Positions 17,643-27,716 of a DNA stretch of 50,564 nt are shown here, one piece after another. Location of the stretch: NCBI GenBank assembly GCA_040752695.1, contig JBFMGO010000034.1:1-50564 (forward strand), given 5' to 3'. A program made the position numbers and the translations under genes. Origin of the DNA: a bacterium (GTDB taxonomy: Bacteria; SZUA-182; DTGQ01). Below the pieces are notes generated by a model. It was not told where the DNA came from and did not search any database. It worked only from the letters and a program-made list of their open reading frames with translations. How positions within the stretch are numbered: the first letter of the stretch is position 1; each line of letters starts with the position of its first letter.

Positions 17643-18809
17643 TTACTTCGTGCCTGGCTTTTTCGGCGGCGGCATTTCAGGCGGCATGGGTGCTTTGGGC
17701 TGAGCAGGCGTTTTAAGCGGTATATTGGCAGGTGCACTGCCTTGCGGTTTCGCTTCACTGCCCGGAACAACCGCACCTTGCGGCATCACACCTTGCGGTA
17801 TGGCACCTTGCGGCATCATACCTGGAGGCATGGCAGAAGTAGTGGGATGGCCGCCCTCATTCTGCTCATCTTTCGCCTCATCCTTGACTTCTTTCAGTTC
17901 ATCGAAGGTTTTCGATAACTTGCTGATATTGAACTGAGAAACCAGGTAGAGGACATCTTTATCAGCCTTCACGTAATACTGGTTCTTGTCATTCTTCTTG
18001 CCGACCATGATCTTTTTTTCCGTCCCGTCACTCAGGGCTACGGTAATCTGTTTGGCAGGGGGTGACAGCTCATATTCGGCCAGCTTTTCGGTCTCCTCTA
18101 CAGCAAGGTCGATAGCCCGCAGCCGGGACAGGGTGTTTGTCATGTCATCGACCAGGTTTTTCTTGGCCGGGGCCTGGTTGGGGTCAGTCAATTGCCAATT
18201 GTCGTTCTCTTTTTTCAGGGTTAATTTCTTATCTCCTTCCACGATTTCGATTTTAGAGATTTCCTCTGGAGTAAATGTGCAGACATTCAGGTCATACCAG
18301 TTTTTCGTCGTACGGCTGAACATGGATCTCAGGTGGTAACCATCACACAGAAGCACTTCCTGCGAGCCTGCCTTACGAAGATAGGTACTCATAAAGTCAG
18401 GACCGGTTTTACCGACGAGAAAATTGGCCAGTGGCTTCTTATTGCCGTCCGTGACCTTGACCTCGATGCCCTTGTTTGGATCGACCTCGTAGAGGTTCTG
18501 GTTTTCAGGATTCCTGGAAACGATATTATTCGCTTTCTTAAGCTCTTTTATGGATTCCAGAGCCTTCTTGACCAACTCCGGATCAGCGGGGAATCCTTTT
18601 TCATCTCCAATCTTCCAGCCCTTATCGACTTTTGCCAGAACGACATTTTCACCTTTGTTATGGATATCGACCAGGGCGGCAGTATCCATGGAAAATTCGG
18701 GGAAAAGGCTCAAAGGCTGGTTATTGTCCTTCGGACGCTCCAGAAGATATGCAACTATGACCAAAAGGGCCAGGAAAATGAACAGAAAAAGGGTTTTCTT
18801 GAATTTCAT
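17643..18809 (-). CDS. DUF4340 domain protein with Pro-rich tail
   Basis: N-terminal anchor, two repeated W...A...L...VG...Y modules, (MPQG)n tail; usual position after GldG-like genes. Confidence 0.8.
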   Translation of the reverse strand: MKFKKTLFLFIFLALLVIVAYLLERPKDNNQPLSLFPEFSMDTAALVDIHNKGENVVLAKVDKGWKIGDEKGFPADPELVKKALESIKELKKANNIVSRNPENQNLYEVDPNKGIEVKVTDGNKKPLANFLVGKTGPDFMSTYLRKAGSQEVLLCDGYHLRSMFSRTTKNWYDLNVCTFTPEEISKIEIVEGDKKLTLKKENDNWQLTDPNQAPAKKNLVDDMTNTLSRLRAIDLAVEETEKLAEYELSPPAKQITVALSDGTEKKIMVGKKNDKNQYYVKADKDVLYLVSQFNISKLSKTFDELKEVKDEAKDEQNEGGHPTTSAMPPGMMPQGAIPQGVMPQGAVVPGSEAKPQGSAPANIPLKTPAQPKAPMPPEMPPPKKPGTK

Positions 18810-18831
18810 GCTCTTATCTCCTTAGCTTATA

Positions 18832-20436
18832 CTAGTCCAACCAAGCGGTTCTTCGTTTTTGGTTTACATAGGCTCTGCCCAGTCCGAACAGGATGAGAAG
18901 CACCGAAACTCCAAAGATATTGAGATACCGGATGATGTCCCGCTGATGCGGCTCAGTGGATTTGAGCGGATGTTCGGTATTTTCCCGTGAGCGGATGCCG
19001 ATGAGATCCTCACCCAGCGTGAGCCAGTCAACGCTGTTTAAAAAGAAGCTCGCGTTTTCGCCAGGCTGGTAGTAACTGTTCGTGATCATGCGGGAATTGC
19101 CTATCACCAGAATCTGGGACTGAGGACTTTCTTTGATTGTCGTTTCATTCCCTGCTTCAGGGTTTTGGCCTTGAGCATCCATGGAAGTATTTGTCTTTGG
19201 CGGGATGGGCTTATCCGCAAAGAAGCTTTTGAACTTAGCCGATACCAGAACCGCCAGGGGGACGCTTTTCATATCCGAGGGCTTGCCGAATTTTTGGCCG
19301 GGGTCGAGGTTATAATTTTCCGTTTCGATCCAGCCATTGGTCGAGGTCTTGGCCAGGACTGTGCCTTCTGCTCCCAGGGTTTTTATCCGGCCGGTCAGAA
19401 GCTCCAGCGAACTGGTCCAGGGGAAGGTGATGGAGCCGAGCTTATTGACTATGGGATTTTTCTGATCCATGTTTTGAGCAGTCGCTTTGGGCCAGAAAGG
19501 ATACGGAATACGGAAACTGAAAAATCCCCTGCTGAACCCTACGGTAGCGCTGTAGCGGTCCAGTGCCAGATCGTTGTTGACCTTGACCCCATAAGAATTC
19601 AAAAGGTCATCCAGATTATGCTTTACCTGCTGGGTTTGCAGCATATTCTTTTTATCGAGCTTCATGGTGTCAACCAGGAAGATTACCTTGCCCCCGCGCA
19701 TGATGAATTGATCGATATCGTACTGGGTCCTTTCCCCCGTTTCTTCCGGTCCTGCGACAATGAGCGTATTGACTGTTGCGGGAATTTCTTCCCCTTTTTG
19801 CAGTACTTCTATCTTATACTGCCTGCTGAGGTCTTCTCTGACCTTGGTGGTCATTTCATTGAATTCAGGTTCCGGCTCATCCGTCATGAAAGCAACGGTC
19901 TTCGGCTCTTTTTGGGTAACACGGATAATGCCGCTGGTCAGATCGTATTCGAGGTTTCTCGTATCCTGAACTACCGGGATGATTTCTTTCTTGTCCTGGT
20001 AAAGGATCATCATACCGAGGTAAACATTGGTAAGTTGTGCCTGATCTTTCTGGAATACATTTAACTGGACTTTGGGTATTCCGATGAAATGCATTCTTTG
20101 TTCGAGGCTCGGGTCCGATGCGGGGTCGATGAATTCGACCTGGAGGTTGTTGTGGCTGTAAGCCTTATATTCATCCAGAATATCCTGTACCTGGCTGTTC
20201 AAGGTAGCCAATTGGGGAGGCAGGTCTTTTGAAAAATAGACTTTGATATTGACCACGTCCTTTAGTCTAGCCAGGGCTTTTTTGGTGGATTCCGAAACGC
20301 TGTACATCTTCTCTTCCGTAAGGTCTATCCGTTTAAAGTGGCGGATAGAAATGAAGTTGACGACAGCAAGAATCCCGAGCATGATGAGAGTGACCAGGAA
20401 AAGATTGCTGCTGTATTTTACTTTTCTTAATCCCAT
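18832..20436 (-). CDS. GldG-like ABC transporter auxiliary component (GIFT domain)
   Basis: RIDLTEEKMYSVS, VEFIDP, LEYDLTS, IDQFIMRGGK, FFLNSVDWL...IRSR; N- and C-terminal TM segments. Confidence 0.88.
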   Translation of the reverse strand: MGLRKVKYSSNLFLVTLIMLGILAVVNFISIRHFKRIDLTEEKMYSVSESTKKALARLKDVVNIKVYFSKDLPPQLATLNSQVQDILDEYKAYSHNNLQVEFIDPASDPSLEQRMHFIGIPKVQLNVFQKDQAQLTNVYLGMMILYQDKKEIIPVVQDTRNLEYDLTSGIIRVTQKEPKTVAFMTDEPEPEFNEMTTKVREDLSRQYKIEVLQKGEEIPATVNTLIVAGPEETGERTQYDIDQFIMRGGKVIFLVDTMKLDKKNMLQTQQVKHNLDDLLNSYGVKVNNDLALDRYSATVGFSRGFFSFRIPYPFWPKATAQNMDQKNPIVNKLGSITFPWTSSLELLTGRIKTLGAEGTVLAKTSTNGWIETENYNLDPGQKFGKPSDMKSVPLAVLVSAKFKSFFADKPIPPKTNTSMDAQGQNPEAGNETTIKESPQSQILVIGNSRMITNSYYQPGENASFFLNSVDWLTLGEDLIGIRSRENTEHPLKSTEPHQRDIIRYLNIFGVSVLLILFGLGRAYVNQKRRTAWLD

Positions 20437-20439
20437 AAT

Positions 20440-21156
20440 TTATCTCCATTTCCGGCTTTCGACGGATCGAATGTTAAGGAATAAAAAGAAGACAATGACC
20501 GAAACGTAGTAGATAAGGTCACGGGAGTCGATTACTCCTCGCCCGATGCTTTCGAAATGGGCTCCCAGCCCGAGGAAGGTAAATATTCTGGCCAGCCAGC
20601 TCGGCAGGGCGGTAATCACGATCTGCTCGCCAATGATAAAGAGGGCAAAGCAGGTAAAGATGCTGACGATGAAAGCCACGATCTGGTTTTCCGTGAGACT
20701 TGAGATGAAAAGGCCGATCGACAGGTACGCTGCTCCCATGAGCAGTGCTCCCAGGTATCCTCCTATGATTGGACCGAGATCCGGTTTATTGAGATAAAAG
20801 AGAGTCAGAGGGAAGGTAGCGGTCAATAATACGGTAATGGTCAGGAAGAGAAAAGCGGCCAGGAACTTGCCCATGACGATCTCGTAATCACTGAGAGGGA
20901 AGGTCATCAAGAGCTCGATAGTGCCCAGTTTTTTTTCTTCCGCCCACAGCCGCATGGTAACCGCAGGAACAAAGAAGAGAAATTCCCAGGGGAGGATGGA
21001 GAAGAAGGGCCTCATGGTGGCCTCTCCGATCAGGAAAAAGCCCCGAAAGAACAGCCAGCCGCTGAAAACCAGAAAGGCGGTTATGAAAATATACGCAATA
21101 GGAGAGTTAAAGTAACTCCGAAACTCCTTCTTGAAGATGGCAAAGATATTATTCAT
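20440..21156 (-). CDS. GldF-like ABC-2 permease
   Basis: KKEFRSYFNSPIAY, TMRLWAEEKKLGTIELLMT, SSLTENQIVAF, GVIDSRD. Confidence 0.9.
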   Translation of the reverse strand: MNNIFAIFKKEFRSYFNSPIAYIFITAFLVFSGWLFFRGFFLIGEATMRPFFSILPWEFLFFVPAVTMRLWAEEKKLGTIELLMTFPLSDYEIVMGKFLAAFLFLTITVLLTATFPLTLFYLNKPDLGPIIGGYLGALLMGAAYLSIGLFISSLTENQIVAFIVSIFTCFALFIIGEQIVITALPSWLARIFTFLGLGAHFESIGRGVIDSRDLIYYVSVIVFFLFLNIRSVESRKWR

Positions 21157-21158
21157 GG

Positions 21159-22097
21159 CTAATTTTCCTCTGTAGTGAGTTGTTTGAAGACATCTTCCAG
21201 AGTAATAGGTGTCCTTTGCAATTCAGTCAATGACCACTGGTTCTTGACTACCATCCGGAAAAGGGACTCGCGTATGTCCACTCCCTTCGGGCTCTTGACC
21301 TCAAACCGGTGGCTTCCATTTTCAGACACTAAAAGGCGGGTCGCCAGAACGTTATCCTGAGCTGCCAACTGCTCCTGGATTTTGTCCTGAGGACCGTTGA
21401 TCGTAATATAGACAAGTTCTCCTCCCCCTTGAGCCTGTGATGCCAGCTCTTCCGGAGTTCCGCTGCCGACGATTCTTCCTTCCTTGATAATGATGATCCG
21501 GTTGCAGGTAGCCTGCACCTCGGGCAGAATGTGAGAGCAGAGGATAACCGTTTTTTCCTGTCCGATGTCTTTGATCAGGCTCCGGATCTCGATGATCTGG
21601 TTGGGATCGAGGCCGGTGGTGGGCTCATCAAGAATGAGAATATCCGGATCGTGGATCAGAGTCTGGGCCAGCCCCACTCTCTGGCGGTATCCTTTTGAGA
21701 GTTGCCCGATGTGCTTGCCCAGTTCTTTGTCAAGTCCGCACAGATGAGCGGTTTCCTTGATCCTTTTTTTTCTCTGGGAGGAAGGAATCTTGCGGACTTC
21801 AGCCACAAACCGGAGGTAATCCACGACGCCCATATCCTGATAGAGGGGAGTATTTTCCGGAAGATAGCCGATTTTTTCACGGATCTTCAAAGAATCCTCA
21901 AGGGTATTCAGACCGTCCAGGGTAGCCGTGCCCTCGTCCGGAGGCATGTAGCAGGTCAAAATTTTCATTGTGGTGCTTTTCCCCGCGCCATTAGGTCCTA
22001 AAAATCCCAGGATCTCCCCCTTGCTGACCTCAAAAGAGATATTGTCGACAGCCAAAGTCGGACCGTATCTCTTGGTAAGATTATTGACTGTGATCAT
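21159..22097 (-). CDS. GldA-like ABC transporter ATP-binding protein
   Basis: GPNGAGKST, signature LSKGYRQRVG, ILILDEPT, SHIL. Confidence 0.93.
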   Translation of the reverse strand: MITVNNLTKRYGPTLAVDNISFEVSKGEILGFLGPNGAGKSTTMKILTCYMPPDEGTATLDGLNTLEDSLKIREKIGYLPENTPLYQDMGVVDYLRFVAEVRKIPSSQRKKRIKETAHLCGLDKELGKHIGQLSKGYRQRVGLAQTLIHDPDILILDEPTTGLDPNQIIEIRSLIKDIGQEKTVILCSHILPEVQATCNRIIIIKEGRIVGSGTPEELASQAQGGGELVYITINGPQDKIQEQLAAQDNVLATRLLVSENGSHRFEVKSPKGVDIRESLFRMVVKNQWSLTELQRTPITLEDVFKQLTTEEN

Positions 22098-22126
22098 AGT
22101 GGTTCCTTTCTCTTGCTATTTTTAGG

Positions 22127-22933
22127 TTAGAATGTGATCTTTTCGATGTCTTTGCTCTGTAACCAACCAATCAACCCATTTTTCAGCATAATCTGAAGCC
22201 AGTTCCTCCTTTGTTGATGAATTGAAAAGGTTGTGCCTTCATGGAGAGAAAAAAGAGTAGCCAGATTTTCCTCCGGGCCGCTTTTGACTTCGACAGACTT
22301 GGAAATGATAATCCCGGAGCGATCCGATTTTAACTCGTAAAGCCGATAGAAAAAAATCCCTCCTGCCAGGACTAACATGACTGAAAAGAATACGACAAGA
22401 TGAAAGAGCCTTTTCCTGGCATCAGCCTCTTTCTTCCGGAGAAAGAGAATCAACAGCCCCATCAAAACAAGATATATTCCGGTGCAAATCAGGGTTAATT
22501 CATTAAGGGTCAAAAAATATGTAATCTTTTCCCAAAGGGGGATCAGCCAGAAAGACTTTACTTCAATCTTGTCTATAGTCAGGGAATTGGCATAGGCAAG
22601 GTTTTTCCGAATGTCATCGTCCCTGGGGAGAAGCAGTCTGGCTTTCTCATAAAAAAGGATGGCCTGCCCCAGATTTCCCTTTTTAAAGAGAGCATTTCCC
22701 AGGTTGTAGAAAAGAAAAGGGTCCCGGTATCCCTGCCGGACAAGTTCGAGGTAATGGGAGGCTGCCTCAGCATAGTTTTCCTTTCGGTAACACTCATTCG
22801 CCTGATAAAACTGTTCGGTTGCCGACAACTCTTCTTTCCCCGTCTCTTTTGCCGGCAGGCTTGCGGGAACAAAAATCAGACAGAGCAGAAAAAGGAAAAG
22901 AAAAAGACAGCTATGAATCTTCCTCATGGTCAT
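22127..22933 (-). CDS. batE: BatE-like TPR + TM + SH3 protein
   Basis: YNLGNA TPR, two TM segments, KSGP...LHEGT...GLIGW SH3-like end. Start chosen at the ATGA overlap with batD. Confidence 0.85.
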   Translation of the reverse strand: MTMRKIHSCLFLFLFLLCLIFVPASLPAKETGKEELSATEQFYQANECYRKENYAEAASHYLELVRQGYRDPFLFYNLGNALFKKGNLGQAILFYEKARLLLPRDDDIRKNLAYANSLTIDKIEVKSFWLIPLWEKITYFLTLNELTLICTGIYLVLMGLLILFLRKKEADARKRLFHLVVFFSVMLVLAGGIFFYRLYELKSDRSGIIISKSVEVKSGPEENLATLFSLHEGTTFSIHQQRRNWLQIMLKNGLIGWLQSKDIEKITF

Positions 22934-24771
22934 TTTTTCTCCCTGGTGGCCTTTTCGATGCTGCAAATCACCTGCTCCGCTTCCGAGAGCATGCTTTTGC
23001 GCGCCCTGGCATCACTGGTCGCTGGAGCGAACCGGGCATAATCGCATTCGTCAAGACACTGCTGTAACTGATCGATCACCTCTTTTGGTATATGCATGTC
23101 CAAAAGCCGCTCAACCATCTGCCGTCCGGTGAGCCCTGCAGCTTGAGCATCGAGTTTGTCGGCCACATATTCGGTCAGAGATTTCGAAATCGCGGCGTAA
23201 AATTCCTTTTCCTCTCCCTTCTGGTCATGGACCCGTGCCTGACCGAGCTTCTTTCTGGCCAAACCATGGGCCCGTTTCAGGCGGGCATAGCGCGGGTCCC
23301 CTTGAAATTTTTGTGCCCTTCGGTCCACCCAGAAAACTGCGATGAATAAAAGAAGAGGAAAGGGCAGGAAGCTTAAAAATAACGTATTATTCAATAAAAG
23401 TAAATCTTTTTTTAAGCACTTAACATCAGTTTTGATATAACGGATATCCTTTTGATTGAGAGTGACTTCCTGCTTGGTAACCAGGGCATTTTCATCGATG
23501 GGAGTGGAATCTGCACCGGCTGTGTATTGGCCGGGAGCGATGGACACGAGGATAGGATCTGTTGTCAGGGTATGATATTTTTTATCTTTTGGGTTAAAAA
23601 AGGAAAAATGAAGGGAAGGAACATGCAGATTTCCGGTCTTTCGCGGAATGAGGAGGAAATCGAAGCACTTCTCTCCCTGCAATCGATCCTGCTTGATCAG
23701 GGTCTGGCTGACGGTGGTATCGTATTTCTGAAAGCCTTCCAGGTCCGAAAATTCAGGCTCCGGAAGACCTTCGATATAACCTGTTCCCTTAATTCTGGCG
23801 TGCAGGGTAATGGGCTCGTTCTGAACACCGCTTCGATTGTCTGTCTGGGCGGAAAAGGTAAAGTTTCCTACAGCTCCGCGGAAATCGTGCGGCTTTCCCT
23901 CTTCTGGAAGGGGAAGCACCTCGATCGAGACCGGTTCTGTTTTCAGCGTCCGGGGAGGCGAGAAGAACCCCGCCTGATAGGAAAGGGTAGCCGGTCCGAT
24001 CGTACGATTGCCCGGGCTCATGGGAAAGATGGCTTTTTTGATTTCCTGTATCCGGTACTCTTTTCCGTTTACGGTTCGGATAAAGGAAGGTTGTGCTTCC
24101 AGGTCCTCCACCCAGAACCCTTCCAAAGAGGGCTGGGTGTACGTAGGATTTTGCCACAGGTCGATTCTGCGATAGAAACCGAAGGTCAGAATAATCTGTT
24201 CGTTCACGTAGACCTTGTTTTTATCTACGGTATTGGTGATGAAAATATTCCCCCGGTACTGTTGTTCCTCGTTTCCCCACGGATTGGAGGACCGGGAGGA
24301 TGGGAAAGGGGAGCGAGGCCGCTGCCGCGACGAATAAGGGGGGGATGATGCCGGTGGTGAGCCTGATTGAGACACGGTCACGCTTATCGGCTCGGTCTTT
24401 TGGGTTTGCCCGTCCAGGGAAACCTTGATCGGTCCGATGGTAAAGGTTCCCGCCGCTTCGGGCCTGAGAATGTATCTGATTGTCTTTGATGCGGAAACCT
24501 TGCCATTAATCCAGGAGAAGTTCGATCCCTGGAATGAATCGGCAATGAAAAAGTGTTCGATTTCGGGAAGTTCAGGATCAGGAAGAGATCCCATATCGGA
24601 ACCATTGATAACGACGGACAGGATGAGTTGATCGTCGAGGCTTAATTCTGTCTTATCGACCGAGGCCTGAATCGAAACCGAACGTGCCTGTGCCACGCCA
24701 GTAATGCTCAGGCCGAGCAGGGGGAATAACAACAGGATGATAATGTGCAAAAATGCCTTCTTACCAATCAT
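22930..24771 (-). CDS. batD: BatD family protein
   Basis: Signal peptide, ASVDK, FSWINGK, GFWVEDL, FRGAVGNF, C-terminal TM and CDYARFAP. Confidence 0.88.
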   Translation of the reverse strand: MIGKKAFLHIIILLLFPLLGLSITGVAQARSVSIQASVDKTELSLDDQLILSVVINGSDMGSLPDPELPEIEHFFIADSFQGSNFSWINGKVSASKTIRYILRPEAAGTFTIGPIKVSLDGQTQKTEPISVTVSQSGSPPASSPPYSSRQRPRSPFPSSRSSNPWGNEEQQYRGNIFITNTVDKNKVYVNEQIILTFGFYRRIDLWQNPTYTQPSLEGFWVEDLEAQPSFIRTVNGKEYRIQEIKKAIFPMSPGNRTIGPATLSYQAGFFSPPRTLKTEPVSIEVLPLPEEGKPHDFRGAVGNFTFSAQTDNRSGVQNEPITLHARIKGTGYIEGLPEPEFSDLEGFQKYDTTVSQTLIKQDRLQGEKCFDFLLIPRKTGNLHVPSLHFSFFNPKDKKYHTLTTDPILVSIAPGQYTAGADSTPIDENALVTKQEVTLNQKDIRYIKTDVKCLKKDLLLLNNTLFLSFLPFPLLLFIAVFWVDRRAQKFQGDPRYARLKRAHGLARKKLGQARVHDQKGEEKEFYAAISKSLTEYVADKLDAQAAGLTGRQMVERLLDMHIPKEVIDQLQQCLDECDYARFAPATSDARARKSMLSEAEQVICSIEKATREKK

Positions 24772-25666
24772 GTTCGATGTATTCCCTTTCCTGTCCAGAC
24801 TGTCGAGTCATGTACTTTTGCTCCTGCGCCTTGTTTTCCCGGTCTTCCAAAGACCGCAGGATCCGTAAGGCGTCCTCTTGAGACATCTCGTCATGATCGT
24901 GGTCCTGCTTTTTCTTATCTTCCTGCCTGCCGAAAGCCGCCGGATGGTTCGGGTCCTGCCGAGAGTCCTGTGACTTCTGATTCGGATCCTGCCGGGCGAG
25001 GTTTTTCTCCTGCTTCTCCTGGTCACCTTCGGATTGTTGCTGTTGCTGTTTTTCCTGGAGCTCTTTTCGATCTTTCTCTTTGCCCTGCCGAGCCTGCTGT
25101 TGATCTTGCTGCTGCTGTTGTTGATTCCCCTGCTGCTGGCCATTCTGCTGCTGATTCTGCTTCTCTTTCTTCCCTTTTTCCTCTTGAGACTGCCGGGGAT
25201 CGTCTTGCTGATTCTGCTGTGATTTTTGAGCCATTTCCTTGAGTTTTCGCTGAGCCAGTTCCAGGTTAAACTTGGCATTCTGGTCGTTCGGATCGAGAGC
25301 CAGGGCTTTTTTATACTGCTCGATAGCGCCGGGGAAGTCGTCTTGGCGGAATTTACAGTTTCCCAAATTATAGTGAGCCCTGGCCTGTGTGGGCAGATCC
25401 TTCGACTGAAGGGCCTTCTGGTACTCTTCCTCCGCCTCCTTGTACTTCTGTTGCTTGAACAGGACATTCCCGATATTATAATGAATTGCTTCCGATTCAG
25501 GATAATCGAGCTGTGCATCCAGGTATTGTTTTAATGCCTCATCATAGTTGCCCTGGGTATAGAGTTTATTTCCCTGCTTGATCCTGTTGGTCAGAGGATT
25601 TGACCAGCCTGCACAAAAAAGGAATGACGCCGCACAGACTGTGACTGCGTTCAGATATTTACGCAA
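24761..25666 (-). CDS. batC: BatC-like TPR protein with Gln/Lys/Glu-rich linker
   Basis: TPRs (YNIGN, YNLGN, AKFNLELA), MSQEDALRIL, terminal HDW. TTG start at 25666 with a GGGAGG RBS. Confidence 0.85.
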   Translation of the reverse strand: MRKYLNAVTVCAASFLFCAGWSNPLTNRIKQGNKLYTQGNYDEALKQYLDAQLDYPESEAIHYNIGNVLFKQQKYKEAEEEYQKALQSKDLPTQARAHYNLGNCKFRQDDFPGAIEQYKKALALDPNDQNAKFNLELAQRKLKEMAQKSQQNQQDDPRQSQEEKGKKEKQNQQQNGQQQGNQQQQQQDQQQARQGKEKDRKELQEKQQQQQSEGDQEKQEKNLARQDPNQKSQDSRQDPNHPAAFGRQEDKKKQDHDHDEMSQEDALRILRSLEDRENKAQEQKYMTRQSGQEREYIEHDW

Positions 25667-26690
25667 AGCGGCCTCCCCATTCTTTTTTGACCTTGCGCCG
25701 GCCATCGAGAAAAAATTCCAGGAGCAGGAAAAAGAGGGCCGGGAATAAAAAGTAAATAAACCGGTCCTCATAATGAATATACTTTTTCGAGGCAAGATCC
25801 TTTTTTTCCATCGTAGCTATATCCTGATACACTCTGCCAAGCTCCATCCCTGCCGTGGTTGCGTGGTAATATTTTCCGTCAGTCAAAAGGGCTATTTTCT
25901 CCAGGGTAGTCTGGTCCAGTCTGGTCATGACGACCTTTCCCTCCCGGTCCTTCAGGTAGCCGGTAGAGGCTCCATTCTGATCCCTTAAAGGGATGGGCTC
26001 TCCCGCTTCGGACCCAAGACCGATCGTATAGATGCGGATACCCTCCTGGGCAGCCTCTTTGGCTGCATCGAGAGGATCGCCGCTGTGACCCTCTCCATCT
26101 GTCAAAAGAATGAGCGTTTTATACTTTCGCTCCCCCTGGACGAAAGCCCGCCGCGCCTTTTGGATGGCCTCATCGATGGCAGTTCCTCCTTTTGGAATGA
26201 TATTGGCATCGATCACTTTGAGAAAGATTTTCGCTGCCGCATAGTCCAGGGTCAGCGGGCATTGGACAAAGCTGGTGCCGGCAAAGCAAATGAGTCCGAC
26301 CCGGTCCCCTTCCAGTTTATCGATGAGACCGGCAATCTCGAGTTTGGCCCTCTCAAGCCGGTTCGGTTTGATATCTTCCGCCAGCATGCTCTTTGAGGTG
26401 TCAAGGGCAATCAGAATGTCCAGCCCCTTGCGTTTGATCGTTTGCATCGTGGCTCCCCATTGCGGCCGCGAAAGAGCCAGAATGAGAAAGGACAGGGCCA
26501 GGAGTAAAAAGACCGTTTTCCTGACCGGCCTTTTTAATCCTGATGGAGAGGACGAGAGCTTTTGCAGGAGGAGCGGATTTCCAAACCGCTGTAAGGCAGC
26601 CTGTTTTTTCCTGCCAGCCCAGGAGAGAAAGAACACCAGCACAGGAAGGAGGATAAAGAGGTAAAGCCATGCCGGATTTGCGAATTTCAT
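25659..26690 (-). CDS. batB: BatB VWA-domain protein
   Basis: RPQWG, MIDAS DTSKS, PNRLERAK, PLTLDY, LLTDGE. Confidence 0.9.
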   Translation of the reverse strand: MKFANPAWLYLFILLPVLVFFLSWAGRKKQAALQRFGNPLLLQKLSSSPSGLKRPVRKTVFLLLALSFLILALSRPQWGATMQTIKRKGLDILIALDTSKSMLAEDIKPNRLERAKLEIAGLIDKLEGDRVGLICFAGTSFVQCPLTLDYAAAKIFLKVIDANIIPKGGTAIDEAIQKARRAFVQGERKYKTLILLTDGEGHSGDPLDAAKEAAQEGIRIYTIGLGSEAGEPIPLRDQNGASTGYLKDREGKVVMTRLDQTTLEKIALLTDGKYYHATTAGMELGRVYQDIATMEKKDLASKKYIHYEDRFIYFLFPALFFLLLEFFLDGRRKVKKEWGGRFA

Positions 26691-26706
26691 AGGTATAATC
26701 CTCTCC

Positions 26707-27711
26707 TTACGGGATCGTCCTGAATCGAGTATTCTCGAAAAGAACGCTCATGATTAAAAGAACGAAAGCCGCAGCGAGAAAATATTGAAACAATTCGGTG
26801 TATTCCATATACTGGTTGACTTTTATTTTGGTTTTTTCCAGCGCATCGATCTTTTGGTAGATCTTCTTGAGGCTGTCCTTATCTATAGCCCGAAAATACT
26901 GACCTTTCGTAATTTCCGCTATCTGCCTTAAAGTCTCCTCGTCCATCTGCGTCAGGGCCAGCCTGCCGTCAGGACCGCGAAGATACCTTTTGCCGAAGAT
27001 CGGGTCATAGACCGGGATCGGTGCCCCTCCCTCCCTGCCGATGCCGATCGTATATACCTTGATGTCGAGGGACTGGGCTATCCTGGCGGCAGTGACGGGG
27101 TCTATCTCTCCTTTATTGTTCTGGCCATCCGTAAGGAGAATCACGATCCTGCTTTTGGCCTTGGCATCCTTAAGCCGGTTGACGCAGGTAGCCAGGGCCA
27201 TGCCGATGGCAGTGCCATCCTCCACCATGCCGATCTGGATGTTTTCCAGAAAGCTCAAAAGGATTCCATAATCTGAAGTCACGGGACACTGAGTAAAGGA
27301 CCTCCCGGCAAAGACGACCATTCCGATCTGATCCGACACCCGCTGCTGAATAAAGTCTGCCACTACCTGCTTCGCCACATAAAGCCGGTTGTTCGGCTTG
27401 AAGTCCTCTGCCTGCATGCTTCCGGAAACATCGATGGCCAGCATGATATCGACTCCTTCCGTGGTAATGTCCCGGTTTCTTTTTCCCGATTGCGGCCTGG
27501 CCAGGGCCAGGATAACAAGGGCAATAGCCGCAGCCTTTAAAATGAAAACCAGATGCCGGTATCTGAGCGAGCGGGAAGGCCGGATTTGCTTCAAAACGCG
27601 AATATCCGAAAAGCGAAGGCTCGCCGGGTTTCCCTTTTTCTTCCTGTACCAGTAAACCATGACCGGTATGACCAGGAGCCATAATAACTGGTATCTATAT
27701 AAAAAACGCAT
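26707..27711 (-). CDS. batA: BatA VWA-domain protein
   Basis: ARPQ, MIDAS DVSGS, GTAIGMAL, LLTDGQNN, IDALEKT. Confidence 0.92.
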   Translation of the reverse strand: MRFLYRYQLLWLLVIPVMVYWYRKKKGNPASLRFSDIRVLKQIRPSRSLRYRHLVFILKAAAIALVILALARPQSGKRNRDITTEGVDIMLAIDVSGSMQAEDFKPNNRLYVAKQVVADFIQQRVSDQIGMVVFAGRSFTQCPVTSDYGILLSFLENIQIGMVEDGTAIGMALATCVNRLKDAKAKSRIVILLTDGQNNKGEIDPVTAARIAQSLDIKVYTIGIGREGGAPIPVYDPIFGKRYLRGPDGRLALTQMDEETLRQIAEITKGQYFRAIDKDSLKKIYQKIDALEKTKIKVNQYMEYTELFQYFLAAAFVLLIMSVLFENTRFRTIP

Positions 27712-27716
27712 ATTTT

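Noticed and set aside
17329..17776. ORFs 17329-17556, 17331-17618 and 17342-17776 as genes
   Set aside because: Open frames arise from the 9-bp repeat, overlap DUF4340 or the sigma54 promoter, and have no recognisable domain.
18832..22097. Gliding motility system
   Set aside because: GldA/F/G-like ABC cassettes are widespread in non-gliders; no gldK/L/M/N or spr genes here.
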